A DNA stretch of 63,778 nt, filler included, from Octopus bimaculoides (GCF_001194135.2; 7 parts of 7 records of this genome joined end to end with filler, not necessarily neighbours in it); one strand, 5' to 3'. Positions 34,448 to 47,374 are shown, numbered from the whole stretch's first letter. Made by a program: numbers and translations. The notes: generated by a model from the sequence alone, not told the origin.

Positions 34448-36454
34448 ATGTATTCTCTTCGGTACTGAATAGTCGTACGAAATATATCAGAAAGCAATAA
34501 AACAAACTTGTAAATTGACTAAATATGCATTTTTCATCTAAATCTGTCCTCAAAAATAATAGAATGCAAAGAAAATAACATCATTGCTCTTACTATGACT
34601 GAAAGCAAGCAGTAAAAAATTTACTTTCCTTAGCCTTCCGTTCCATTGACCATTCACCCGTTTAAATCTCTTTTTGACGCTCCATTCTCGAAGCAAATAA
34701 TAGAATACGAAAGGACTGCTAATAACATGGTTCTTACTGGATATGACTGAAAACAGCCAGAAAAATTCGCATTTCTCTCTGTTGGCCACTCACTCGTTTG
34801 TTTTGTCTTTCTTGTTGACGCTCTCTCCTCAAAAGAACAGGAAAGCAATTAATTCACGGCTTTTCCTTCTTTTCTCGCAAAGCAAACAGGAGCTTTCACT
34901 ACTTACACTTGTTAAATAATATCGATTGTTTACAATTTATACTAAGAAATGAAGGAATGCGAAATAAAAGTGAATATGACTACAACGAATCTAGCGAAAA
35001 TTATCAATAATCAATTATATTTTACACAAAAATTATTTATCGTGGTAAAATAGTAAGGAATACAGTGTATGCACTGCTTACATGGACCCTTCGCCCTGCT
35101 TCGAAACTGTAATAACAGAATATGGTCGTCGGAAAAAATATCCAGGTTTGTCCGAAGATTTGCTGAATTCAAATAATTTAATGAAAGCTGATTAAAATAG
35201 CTGTATTGTTTACCTGACAAATCTGGTTGTTATTGTAAAAATATAATTGATGAGTTCTAGCCGGAAGCGACACAGAAAACATAGAGGAAATTAGTTCTTC
35301 ACATCTTAAAGAATGGTTAGAAGAAAATGTTCGGTGAAAATTGAAAAAAATTGTATCGCATTTAGTAGATGTGCATGTAAACATGCATATATTTTATACA
35401 CACATTGTGTATGTATACATAAATATAAACATATATATGTACTTATATACACACACATACATATAAATAAATACACACACACACACACATATATATATAT
35501 ACATACTTACATGAGTATACATATGCATATATACATAGTTATATACCAGCCAAAGTTAAAGTACATGCATGCATATATATATATATATATATATANNNNN
35601 NNNNNNNNNNNNNNNNNNNNNNNNNNNNNNNNNNNNNNNNNNNNNNNNNNNNNNNNNNNNNNNNNNNNNNNNNNNNNNNNNNNNNNNNNNNNNNNNNNNN
35701 NNNNNNNNNNNNNNNNNNNNNNNNNNNNNNNNNNNNNNNNNNNNNNNNNNNNNNNNNNNNNNNNNNNNNNNNNNNNNNNNNNNNNNNNNNNNNNNNNNNN
35801 NNNNNNNNNNNNNNNTATATATATCTCGAGATAGAGATAGAGAGAGAAAAAGAAAGAGAAAGAGTGGGACAGAAAGAGAAAGAAAGAGAGAGTGAGAGAG
35901 AGAGGAAGAGACAAACAGACAGACTAACAAATCGACTGACAGACAGACAAACAGCCAGAGAAATGTATGAAACATAAAGACATCATTCTTTGTAAGACCA
36001 TAAATTTGCACATAGAGATTCTTGCTTCAGTCTGTGCAGTTAGAATGTGCGCGCGCGCGTGTGATGTTCACCCATTTACATGTTAATTGATTGTGTAGGA
36101 AGTTCAGTCAATCGAACAACTGTAAACTTCTGATCGCAAAATCTGTCCAAGACTCACTTCTGAAGCCAAATTTATTAAGAGGGATGGGGGTCTATTGAAA
36201 ACAAAACACACACAACATAAATATTTGCATTCGCCTACAACACGATATACCAATCAACCATACGCACATTCCTGAAATGCATATATATACATACTGCTTA
36301 CGGAATGCTTGTACATGGTCACTCAACTTACCAGGAAAAGCATCTAAACCCTTTTAAAGCCACATGTCAGTCTTTAAAACAGAAGAGCCGATTGGATAAT
36401 CAATTACAGGATCCTTCAATTCTGAAAAATACCAATTACTGTATGGGAGAAGCT

Positions 36455-36567
36455 GGAACTATATTCATTATAGGCCTTTTTTGCCGAACCGCTAAGTTAC
36501 GGGGATGTAAACACACCAGCATCGGTTGTCAAGCGATGTTGGGGTGGGGGACAAACACAGACACACA

Positions 36568-36598
<31 letters not shown>

Positions 36599-36600
36599 CC
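36455..36600 (-). mobile_element. SINE family A internal fragment
   Basis: TGCCGAACCGCTAAGTTACGGGGATGTAAACACACCAGCATCGG. Confidence 0.9.
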
Positions 36601-36715
36601 ACACACCCACACATATTATTCATATAGTCTATTGACTAATTTTTTCTTCTCGCTGGACCACTGGTGGTAAATAAAATTTCTAAAAATTTTTTGCTGCCCT
36701 ATGATTTATTAATAT

Positions 36716-36819
36716 ACTAGCAGTATAACCCGACCTTGTCCGGGTGTGACTTATTATGCTATCTACGATAAGTCTTGCTAGCTGAAAATCAACTAAGAAA
36801 GAAAGCCTTACAACGAAAA
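36716..36819 (-). mobile_element. Helitron-type 3' terminus
   Basis: Minus strand CCCG-gacaaggt-CGGG hairpin ~12 nt before terminal CTAG followed by T; runs into a gap. Confidence 0.6.
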
Positions 36820-37431
36820 NNNNNNNNNNNNNNNNNNNNNNNNNNNNNNNNNNNNNNNNNNNNTTAATTAATTAANNNNNNNNNNNNNNNNNNNNNNNNN
36901 NNNNNNNNNNNNNNNNNNNATATATATATATATATATATATATACAAATATATACATATATATACATATATGTGCTTTATATGTTGCTTGTTGCTTTTGC
37001 TGTTAGTGTTTAGCCACAGGACTACTCCGATCGAACTGACCTACGATCAAAGATGTTCCGGCTGTAACTATCCACTCCCTTCTTGTGAAGTGAGTATCTA
37101 CGATTATGTTATCCAAATTTTCCTTCTCCTTTTGTTTTTGGAGACAGTAAGGTTGTCACTTTATTAATTCTAACTCAGTGAGGAACCACAGAAAAGGTTC
37201 CTTTGCATATTAATCGTTTTATTTCGAACTGTGAGATAATGAAACGATATCTCCAGGTGAACATCCACCAAAACTATTTAATCTCTGCTGCTTAAGAACA
37301 AACTTCCTGTGCCTTTTGTGAAATCTACCTTCAGGTTTCCAATGAGATAAATTAAATCAAAATCTGTTTAAATTCTCAAGCGATTTCGCTTCAGGAGTAA
37401 TTTTCTTTCCTGGCTGATTCGTCGTTAATAG

Positions 37432-37738
37432 CAGTGGTTCCCAAAGTGGGTGGTATTGCCGTCATCCACCATCTGCGGGCAATTGAAAGTTCCAAGGGGG
37501 CGTTGAAGAAAAGTGAGGCGATAATGGCGTAGTGATTCATGTAAAAATTGGGGCGATAAAGGAGTGGCAATTCATGTAAAAACAACAAAATAATGGGTTC
37601 ATTAGGTTAAATTGTATTTGTGAAATACAGTTGCTTTGAATTTGCTTCAAAAAGAGGTCTATATTTGTGATGGTTAGCTGAGGGGTGGCGCTAGGAATGA
37701 GACCTGGGTGACAGCCTGTAAAAGTTTGGAGACCACTG
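37432..37738. mobile_element. hAT (Charlie-like) MITE
   Basis: TIRs CAGTGGTTCCCAAA / TTTGGAGACCACTG; 8-bp TSD GTTAATAG / GGTAATAG (7 of 8). Confidence 0.9.
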
Positions 37739-38121
37739 GGTAATAGCATCCTTATGACCTTTGCATAAATTGTTGGCTACCTACTTTCATTCCACTAACG
37801 AATTCAGCTGCTACCATCGAGTTGCACACTACAATTTTGAATGTACCGGCTACTATCCATTGAGTTCCTCGTACAACATTCTCATGGACATACCGGCTGC
37901 TGTCATCGAGATCAAACTTACAAAGTCGTCTTGAATAAATCAGCTACCATCAATATGTGCGCCTTTCCAAAATCAGTTTTAAAATGATATTGTAACTCTA
38001 ATCATTACATTTGATTTTCATGGAATTGGGGACCTAGAATTGTCCATTAAGTCTTTCTTCCTATGAATCTGTCCGAAGCAATGTTACCATCTGTCTACTA
38101 TCAAATTTAAGAATCTCCATA

Positions 38122-38590
38122 AGTAGGAGTGGCTGTGTGGTAAGTAGCTTGCTTACCAGCCACATGGTTCCGGGTTCAGTCCCACTGCGTGGAACCTTGG
38201 TCAAGTGTTTTCTACTATAGCCTCGGGCTGACCAANNNNNNNNNNGGTCAAGTGTTTTCTACTATAGCCTCGGGCTGACCAAAGTCTTGTGAGTGGATTT
38301 GGTAGACGGAAACTGAAAGAAGCCCGTCGTGTATATGTATATATATGTGTGTGTGTGCGTATATGTTTGTGTGTCTGTGTTTGTCCCCCCACCCCACCCA
38401 ACATCGCTTGACAACCGATGCTGGAGTGTTTACGTCCCCGTAACTTAGCGGTTCGGCAAAAGAGTCCGATAGAATAAGTACTAGGCTTACAAAGAATAAG
38501 TCCTGGGGTCGATTTGCTCGACTAAAGGCGGTGCTCCAGCATGGCTACAGTCAAATGACTGAAACAAGTAAAAGAGTAAAGAGTAAAGAG
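38122..38590 (+). mobile_element. SINE family A, full length, young
   Basis: Complete head-to-tail match; contains a 37-bp assembly overlap around a 10-N gap. Confidence 0.95.
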
Positions 38591-38604
38591 TATATCGTCA
38601 GTTT

Positions 38605-40087
38605 CAGATGAGATGGCGGTTAGTTTGGCAGAATTATCAGTGCGTCGGACAAAATGAATTTGCTATATTTTGTCGAGTCATTTTACATGCTGAAATCTTG
38701 TCACCCTCGAGAACAACTTTGCCTTCAGCCATCCGTAAGAAATCGATAGCATAATCTGCAGTCAAGTACTAGGGCCGCTATAATCGACAATATCCAACCC
38801 TCAAATTTTACGCCTTATGCCTCATGTAAGAAACTGTGGTTATTTACAGAGAAATCCTCATTCAAAATACATTTTGAGCATTAAATGAAACTTTGTATGA
38901 AAGCGTCAGAAGACTTATTCATATTTATTTATATTTCTTGACTGAACTGTTGTTATTTAGTGTCAAGGTTATCTATTGAAAGTAGCTGCATTAATGATGA
39001 TTTTCTGTGTCCGGGATTAATGAAGTTTTGTTAAGAATATCCTGCTTTATTCTAAGCATAAGGATTGATGCTACTGCTTCTTAAAACGTTTGTCTTAATT
39101 TCCTGTGTTCTAAAATCTAAGTAGTAAGGAATACAATATTAATGGTGTTTTCCTTACACAGATTTATTGATTCAACACGTGAAAGTATATCTTATCCCCC
39201 CCCCCCTCTCTCTCTCTGTGTCTCTCTCTGTACCTTTTAGTTCTATCTCATCCTGCAAATATTTCTTACTTTCGAGACATTATCTATTCTCACCATTCCC
39301 ATTCTGTTGTCAATCTCAATTCTGTAAATCTTCGGGGAAAGCTCTTGCAGGAATTGACCTATGTTCACAAGCTTATTTCTGTCTCTCTATATACACTCAA
39401 TTGCAATAGTTTATTTATGTATGTGTGTGTGTATGTGTGTGCATACCACACACACACATACACACATATATATGTATATATGTATGCGTATGCATTATAG
39501 ATGTAGATGTATAAATATATATAAATATATGCATGACCATGTATATGTACGCATATAATGTATGAATGCGCGCGCGCCTGTGTGTGTGCGTAATATTTGG
39601 CCGATGAAATTCGAAGCAGATAAATTATAAGTAATCCTTTCTACTGTAGGCACAAGGTCTGAAATTTTGGGGGAGGGAGCAAGTTGATGACATCGACCTC
39701 AGTATTCAACTGGTAGCTATTGTATGAACGCCGAAAGCATGAAAGGCAAAGTCGACCTCCGTTGCATTTCAATTCAGACGGTCGAAAGGTTGCTAAGCAT
39801 TTTGCCAGGCGTGCTAACGGTTCTGCCAGCTCGCCACTTTACATAAACAACAAATAATGGCGTGTAAATATTGATTTCAAATTTTGGCACAAGGCCAGCA
39901 ATTTCGGGAGAGGGGTTAAGTCGATTACGTTGATTCCAGTGCTCAAATGGTACTCACTTTATCGACCCCAAAAGGATGAAAGGTAAAGTGAACTTTGGTG
40001 GAATTTGAACTCAGAACGTGAAGACGGACGAAATGCCGCTAAGTATTTTGTTCGGCCTGTTAATGATACAGTCAGATCGCCACCTTA
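38605..40087. mobile_element. Three diverged SINE family B copies (+ ~38605-38830; - ~39630-39840; - ~39865-40087)
   Basis: ATCGACCCC..AAGGATGAAAGG and GCTCGCCAC motifs. Confidence 0.75.
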
Positions 40088-40983
40088 TAGCGTGAAAATA
40101 TTAGGTTGCAAAAAAAAACAAAAAAAAAACTTTGAATAGAAAAGGTCGAATGCTGTCCGTGTGACAGAGACCAACATCTGTAAATATGGCAGATGTTCAA
40201 GGATTGCTTTTGTCCAGTGGTAAAACGTCATATTTTCAGAAAATGTGGGTTCATTTTAATTAACGTTAAAAATAACAAAAAAAAAAAAGAAGAAAGGAAA
40301 ACAAAATATGTACAAAAATTTTAGAAAAACTACTCGAGGTGTTAGTTATCAGCTGTCCACTGGATATGGGTCCTCATATGTCCACTGGAACTCCTTGTGG
40401 AAGATTCTGGAATCTTCTCTTTTGAGTAATAGAGAAGGTTAGTAGAAGTACGTAATCAGAAGCAAGGGCTGATCCGATTAACGCAAGTGAATTTTAAACT
40501 TTACATAGATCTTGTTTTAATTCTTTTGCATATTTCACTCGTTCGATGCAAAGGCTACAAATATACATTATAAACCTTATTATCTACATTCACTGCAAAA
40601 GTTCTTGTATAAATGTGAGGAGGCTGCAAAACATTTTGGCCTTTTGAATTTTCAATCTGTGATTTCAAATTATTTCTGTTTTTCATTTTGCTTGTTTTTG
40701 TTTTGCTTGAAACAAGAAATACATTCATGCAGTGTAATAAGTAAATAGGCTAAAATTGAATACATGATACCTCTCAGTAAGTTGAATGTAAACGGTAAAA
40801 ATGGAATAAGCGGAAATACAAAGACATAGTGTACTAAATAGACATTGATGACACATAACATTATATATATATATATATATATANNNNNNNNNNNNNNNNN
40901 NNNNNNNNNNNNNNNNNNNNNNNNNNNTTAATTAATTAANNNNNNNNNNNNNNNNNNNNNNNNNNNNNNNNNNNNNNNNNNNN

Positions 40984-41105
40984 ACATGATCTTCTAACTT
41001 GTTGTCTCTTGAGGTCTCTGGGTGAGACTTGGATCCAACTTGTACAAATGCAAAGCAAAAGTCAAACATAAATAATAATAATAATAGCAATAATAATAAT
41101 AATAA
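40984..41105 (+). mobile_element. 3' UTR end of a non-LTR retrotransposon with (AAT)n tail
   Basis: GAGGTCTCTGGGTGAGACTTGG...GCAAAAGTCAAACATA(AAT)n; R4/Dong-type stop-to-tail pattern (inference). Confidence 0.55.
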
Positions 41106-41107
41106 TA

Positions 41108-41320
41108 TTTTCTAATAAAGGCACAAGGTCTGAAATTTGTGGGGAGAGGAATCGTCGATTACATCGACCCCAGTACGCAACTGGTACTTAATTTATCGAC
41201 CCCGAAAGGATGAAAGTTAAAGTCGACCTCGGCGGAGTTTGAACTCAGAACGTTGCGACAGACGAAATACCGCTAAGCGTTTTGCCCGTCGTGCTAACGA
41301 ACCTGCCAGCACGCCGCCTC
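41108..41320 (-). mobile_element. SINE family B
   Basis: Well-conserved copy. Confidence 0.92.
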
Positions 41321-41359
41321 GACCACAATAACAACGACAACAACGACAATTGTAAGAAC

Positions 41360-41840
41360 TGAAGACCTGTTGGAAGAGGTTTAATTGGTGTAGAAGAGTG
41401 TGTGGAGATGTAACGAAACATCGTGCTTGATCGTTTGCGGAACACCACGGAAAAATGCCCGAAGGCAGTGAATAAAGAACAGACGTTCAAGTGTGGAATA
41501 GGAGAAAAGAACAGGAATGAAATTCAAAGAGTAGATGTTAAACAGATTGATGAGAAACCTTCGCATGGTTAAGTTTGGAGGATGTATGTGGAATGTGGAT
41601 TTGATTGAAAAAGGGACAATTGAAAAAAAGAAGCTGAGAGACTTGTTATAGCAACCCAATATCCAGCGCTGAAAACAAGTAACTTGGGGAGAGAGTGTCG
41701 GCAAAAAATGAAGACTGTGGAATTTGGGATGAAATAGTAACATATATTGTTGCAGAATGCCCCAAGTTGGCCCAGGAAGAATATAAGAAATAGAGACATG
41801 ATTAAGTGGTGAACGTTTTACATTGGAAGCTTGCATAAAA
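41360..41840 (+). mobile_element. R4/Dong-type fossil (post-RT region and zinc knuckle)
   Basis: GRGLIGVEECV and EIVTYIVAECPKLAQEEYKK*RHD*VVNVLHWKL. Confidence 0.8.
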
Positions 41841-42127
41841 GGCGAACGAAAGAAAGGATGAAATGAGATAAAAGTATTCATAATATACAAAATATTTGAA
41901 TATGTGGATGATGCTGTCCCCCTGACACAGGAGAAGGAAACTCAAAGAGTCCTACATATCCACGGCCACTTTTAGTCCCAAAAGCACGAGTCCTCACCCA
42001 GGGGTTGTCATCCAGTCTATAGGCGCTATTTTTGCAACAATCAATTATCTTTTGGCAAATTCACCGGGAGAGAGCATCGCCATCTCATTTCGAAGAGGAA
42101 TATCACTAAGGAAGAGTAAAGTGTATA

Positions 42128-42497
42128 GGTACAGACGTGACTGTGTGGTAAGAAGCTTGCTTCTCAAACCACATGGTTCCGAGTTCAGTCCCACTGCATT
42201 GGGTTGGTGCATAATTATTGCGGCCTTTTTTTCAACAAATTTTATTCAACAAAAACAATAACAATATTTAACAAAAACATCTTTAAATGACAGTCTGACC
42301 GTCTGCCAAGCAAATGGGAAGCAGTAATTGAAGTAGATGGTGTATATGCTCCGGAATAATCATTTAAAGATGTTTTTGTTACATGTTGTTATTGTTTTTG
42401 TTGAGAAAAAGCCGCAATAATTATGCACCAACCTAATAGTTTCAAGCCGAGAAAAGCCTTCTAAATGGATTTGGTAGATGGAAACTGAAAGAAGTCC
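42128..42497 (+). mobile_element. SINE family A interrupted by a mariner MITE
   Basis: Head 42128-42197; resumes at 42438 with ...AAAGCCTT...GGATTTGGTAGATGGAAACTGAAAGAAG. Confidence 0.8.
42198..42437 (+). mobile_element. Mariner (Hsmar1/MADE1-like) MITE
   Basis: TIR ATTGGGTTGGTGCATAATTATTGCGG / CCGCAATAATTATGCACCAACCTAAT with extended inverted arms; central DRLPSKWEAVIEVDGVYAPE* equals a mariner transposase C-terminus. Confidence 0.92.
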
Positions 42498-42499
42498 TT

Positions 42500-42550
42500 A
42501 CGATCTTCAGCCAAATACACTAACGACTTATCCACGCGCCTTCACAAACC
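42500..42550 (-). mobile_element. SINE family C head fragment
   Basis: Reverse complement GTGAAGGCGCGTGGATAAGTCGTTAGTGTATTTGGCTGAAGATCG. Confidence 0.65.
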
Positions 42551-43856
42551 TTTCTTAACGAAGACGAGAAACCACAATAAACTATTCCGTTCGATTTTAT
42601 GTATAACTCATAGAGAGACACCACGAAGAGAAGAAAAGCAAGGTGGGCTTCTTGCTGGTTTAAGTTTCGGGCCAAATGAAATATTGAATGGTTCTCAGTA
42701 GGTTGTCTAATGATAATGGTGATAAAGGATGTTTCCTCATTAGAAGAGACTCGTCTGTGTAATTATACTATTTTATATCAAAATATGTCATGTGATTAAG
42801 CTAAATTCGTTAATATCGTTCAACAGCACGTATTCATTGGGACAAAAATGTCTTAAATATTTTCAGAATGCTTGTGTTTTTGTGGCTTTTTACGTGTAGT
42901 TGTTTTTGAGGTTGCGTGGTTGTGTAAGTGTGTGCTTATGTGTGTGTGTGTGTGTGGAAATGTGTTGACTTGCTGTATTTGTCTTGTGCTATGTGTGTGT
43001 GTGTTTGTGTTCGTGCACGTCATTTATGTGAATGTATATGTATGGTTGTGTGTATGAATGTGTGTGGAAATGTGTGGAGCATGCTGTATTTGTCTTGTGC
43101 CGTGTGTGTGTGTATGTGTGTGTGTGCATGTTGTTGTACGTGGTATGTAGTGTATACATTTGTGGTTGTGGCTGTACGTATGAACTGTCTGTGAGTATGT
43201 GTGTGCTAGTAGTTGCGTATGCGAATGTGTGTGTACATATATATTCGTGTGAATGTATGTGTATGTGAATGTGAGTGTGTGTGTGTGTGTGTAAGTGTAA
43301 GAGTACGCGTGACTGCGTGTGTGAAGGTGTGTATATGTGTATAGGAGCGTGAGTGATTTTCTGTGTGTGTGTGTGAGTGTATGCACGCGCGTGTGTGATT
43401 GTGTGTGTGAATGGATGTGTGTGAATATATGCGTGTGGACATGTGTATGTGAATGGCACTGAACGTGTGTGCACGTGTATTGTTGTTGTTCTTGTTGTCA
43501 CCAGAGTATTTCCATAAAAATTTGGAAATAATTTCATTTATTTAATGAAGAAAAGCCAATCTTTGTCTAATTAATTCGTACGTTGTGATGGCTTCACTTT
43601 CCCCAACGATATTCAGTAATAAACAGAAATGAAATAGAAATGTTCTAAAAGTGAAGAGCTACCTTATCGTGGATTCAATCTGCGATCCTTGTTTTTGTTT
43701 ATTTTTTACGGGTTTAGTTTAGGGGAAAGGACCGCGGTGACACCTTTCGCAATTCTTCCGAAGCTATATGTCCTGTTTGAACAGTAGTAAGGGGATGATT
43801 GCCGGAAGACAGGGACATAGGCAGAAGAAAGACTTGCAGAGGGGAAAACGTTACAA

Positions 43857-44630
43857 CTCTTATTATACGTTCTATTATTTATCATACGTTATACCGTTTA
43901 ATATACGTTATACCGTTTAATATACGTTATACCGTTTATTATACGTTATACCGTTTAATATACATTATACCGTTTAATATACGTTATACCCTTTATTATA
44001 CGTTGTATCGCTTATTATACGTTATACCGTTCAATATATGTTATGCTGTTTATTATACGTTATACCGTTTAATATACGTTATACCGTTTATTATTCGTTA
44101 TACCGTTTAATATACGTTCTACCGTTTATTATACGTTATACCGTTTAATATGTTATACCGTTTATTATACATTATACCGTTTATATACGTTATACCATTT
44201 ATTATTCGTTATACCGTTTATATACGTTATACCGTTTAATATATGTTATACCGTTTAATATACGTTATACCGTTTATTATACATTATACCGTTTATATAC
44301 GTTATACCATTTATTATTCGTTATACCGTTTATATATGTTATACCGTTTAATATATGCTATACCGTTTAATATACGTTATACCGTTTATTATTCGTTATA
44401 CCGTGCAATATATGTTATACCGTTTATTATACGTTATATCGTTTAATATACGTTATACCGTTTAATATACATTATACCGTTTATCATACATTATACCGTT
44501 TAGTGTATGTTATACCGCTTAATATACGGTATACCATTTAATATACATTATACCGTTTAATATACGTTATACCCTTTATTATACGTTATACCGTTCAATA
44601 TATGTCATGCTATTTATTATACGTTATTAT
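43857..44630. repeat. 19-bp minisatellite, ~40 copies
   Basis: Consensus TATACGTTATACCGTTTA(A/T). Confidence 0.97.
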
Positions 44631-44631
44631 G

Positions 44632-44700
44632 GCTCTCTACATTCTGAGTTCAAATCCCGCCTGCCTGGAGAAGGCTATGGAAAACCACTCTAGTATTCAT
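44632..44700 (+). mobile_element. tRNA B-box fragment joined to an RTE 5' motif
   Basis: TTCTGAGTTCAAATCCCGCC then CCTGGAGAAGGCTATGGAAAACCACTCTAGTATTC, resembling the BovB/Bov-A motif GGAGAAGGAAATGGCAACCCACTCCAGTATTC. Confidence 0.5.
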
Positions 44701-44959
44701 CACCAGTTTAGTCATGGTGACCAAAGTCCCAGTAATTTACTTAACGGCGCAAGAAAAGGTACGGGCCTTCCCAGATCATGTAGAGAGAGTGCTGGAGAGA
44801 GCCTGCCCAAGAGCAGACCACCGCTGGACTAGAACGGTTTCAGAATGTGACTAGAATGTTAAGTCAGAGTGCAAATATTTTTCAGGTATCGAAATCTTAA
44901 CAGTTTCTGTTATTTTAAAGAATACAATTATATTTTGTCAGTACACTGAGAAGTAAGTA

Positions 44960-45421
44960 CAGTAATCCCTCGACTAACGCGGGTGTTACGCTCCCAAACC
45001 TCCCGCGATAGGGGAAAATTCGTGAAGTAGAAATAGTACTGTATATTTATTATTATTTTTATAATAGAAATAATATATTTCTAAATCTCTCAGAGATTTA
45101 TGCAGTAGCAGCATGATAAAATGATGGTATGTTGTCAACTTAAAGTGACAGTCCCATAAAAGAGAAGAATTTGAAAACATAAGGACAAAAGAAACGTGTC
45201 AAGTCCAACAGGAAACGGTGTTTCCTAGGGCTAAACAAAAGTAGCATTCTTCCCTTTTATGGGACTGTCACATTAAGTTGACAACATACTATCACTTTAT
45301 AATTTTTATAATTTGTATATATTTATTTTATTATAAATGCAAAACAACACCACAGAGGAATCGACGTAAGCTTAAATAATAAACCGCGATATGTGAACCG
45401 CGATATGACGAGGAGCTACCG
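44960..45421. mobile_element. Tigger/pogo-like MITE
   Basis: TA|CAGTAATCCCTCGACTAACGCGGG ... CCGCGATATGACGAGGAGCTACCG|TA. Confidence 0.8.
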
Positions 45422-47215
45422 TAGTTGTCCCCATAACTTTATCAAAACCGTTCTAGTGACGGAAGATAGGAATTATATGTGGTTAAGGGTCAAACGACCA
45501 TTTTAGCAATTTGTAGCTTAGAGACATGAGATGACTTAAAATTAGTATTAATACGACCTGTATATGTGGCAAATAAATTAAACTACTGCATCTTCCTGGT
45601 AGAAAAGTAATAAACGAAACGATAAGACAAATCGTTGAACATTTCAAGCGTTAAAGTAATGCCATATTTGTCAAACTTCATTTTTCACGTATTGTTCTCT
45701 TTAATCTTTATTGATTCTACACTGCATATATATNNNNNNNNNNNNNNNNNNNNNNNNNNNNNNNNNNNNNNNNNNNNNNNNNNNNNNNNNNNNNNNNNNN
45801 NNNNNNNNNNNNNNNNNNNNNNNNNNNNNNNNNNNNNNNNNNNNNNNNNNNNNNNNNNNNNNNNNNNNNNNNNNNNNNNNNNNNNNNNNNNNNNNNNNNN
45901 NNNNNNNNNNNNNNNNNNNNNNNNNNNNNNNNNNNNNNNNNNNNNNNNNNNNNNNNNNNNNNNNNNNNNNNNNNNNNNNNNNNNNNNNNNNNNNNNNNNN
46001 NNNNNNNNNNNNNNNNNNNNNNNNNNNNNNNNNNNNNNNNNNNNNNNNNNNNNNNNNNNNNNNNNNNNNNNNNNNNNNNNNNNNNNNNNNNNNNNNNNNN
46101 NNNNNNNNNNNNNNNNNNNNNNNNNNNNNNNNNNNNNNNNNNNNNNNNNNNNNNNNNNNNNNNNNNNNNNNNNNNNNNNNNNNNNNNNNNNNNNNNNNNN
46201 NNNNNNNNNNNNNNNNNNNNNNNNNNNNNNNNNNNNNNNNNNNNNNNNNNNNNNNNNNNNNNNNNNNNNNNNNNNNNNNNNNNNNNNNNNNNNNNNNNNN
46301 NNNNNNNNNNNNNNNNNNNNNNNNNNNNNNNNNNNNNNNNNNNNNNNNNNNNNNNNNNNNNNNNNNNNNNNNNNNNNNNNNNNNNNNNNNNNNNNNNNNN
46401 NNNNNNNNNNNNNNNNNNNNNNNNNNNNNNNNNNNNNNNNNNNNNNNNNNNNNNNNNNNNNNNNNNNNNNNNNNNNNNNNNNNNNNNNNNNNNNNNNNNN
46501 NNNNNNNNNNNNNNNNNNNNNNNNNNNNNNNNNNNNNNNNNNNNNNNNNNNNNNNNNNNNNNNNNNNNNNNNNNNNNNNNTATATAAGAAGATATTATGC
46601 TCAGGTCATACAAATTTAATATTTACTTAATATTTACTGAGTATTAATTGAAACAGCTGTAAGGGATGATGATTAATTTGCTGTTATTAAACAATTATTA
46701 ACTTCCCAATCTCCATTTTCTTTTTCTTCTTTTATATGAACATAAATTATATGTTTTAATATATATATACCTATTATTTTAAGGAATTTTTTTCCCAAAC
46801 ATACTAGGTATTGAACTAATATTTCTTTGGATGAAACCATGCCTTCATGAGGTTAACAGAGCCTCTAATCGAATATGAACATATATTTATGCATATATAC
46901 ATACATACATACACCCATACATATGCACACTTCTATAATTATTTTTCAGCTTTCTGATGAAGAATTACCGCCAGAAAGTTGGACCCCCCCACACATTAAA
47001 TACTATATGTTCCTGAGTTTAGCATTAACTCGTATCCGTGTAGTGATTGACTCTCTTAACCCTGATAAGTGCGCAGGGTACTGTTGAAGCCAAGGGTGGT
47101 GTAAAAGAGGGTCGGGGCGAGTAAGGGCGTCTTCGGAATTTGATCACTGCCTCTTGACATCTGTTATGACAGGGTGCCACTTTGGGCGGTCCTCAGCGAT
47201 TGTCTCCCAGATAAA

Positions 47216-47256
<41 letters not shown>

Positions 47257-47374
47257 GTCAATTCAAATAAACAAACAATTCAAACAAACGAATAAAAACG
47301 AGAAAATAATAAGCAGCGAATGTGAGGACATGTATAAGAAGTGTATTAAGTTAATGCTCGGTGAAAGGAGAGAG

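Noticed and set aside
38199-38282. 37-bp direct duplication inside a SINE
   Set aside because: It flanks a 10-N gap; a typical unmerged contig overlap.
43857-44630. Regular 19-bp repeats as a CRISPR-like array
   Set aside because: Head-to-tail units with no unique spacers, no cas genes, and a eukaryotic context.
46950-47087. CTGATGA...GAAA hammerhead-like motif, or exon LSDEELPPESW...
   Set aside because: Stem II cannot pair, the donor is weak and no homology is recognised.
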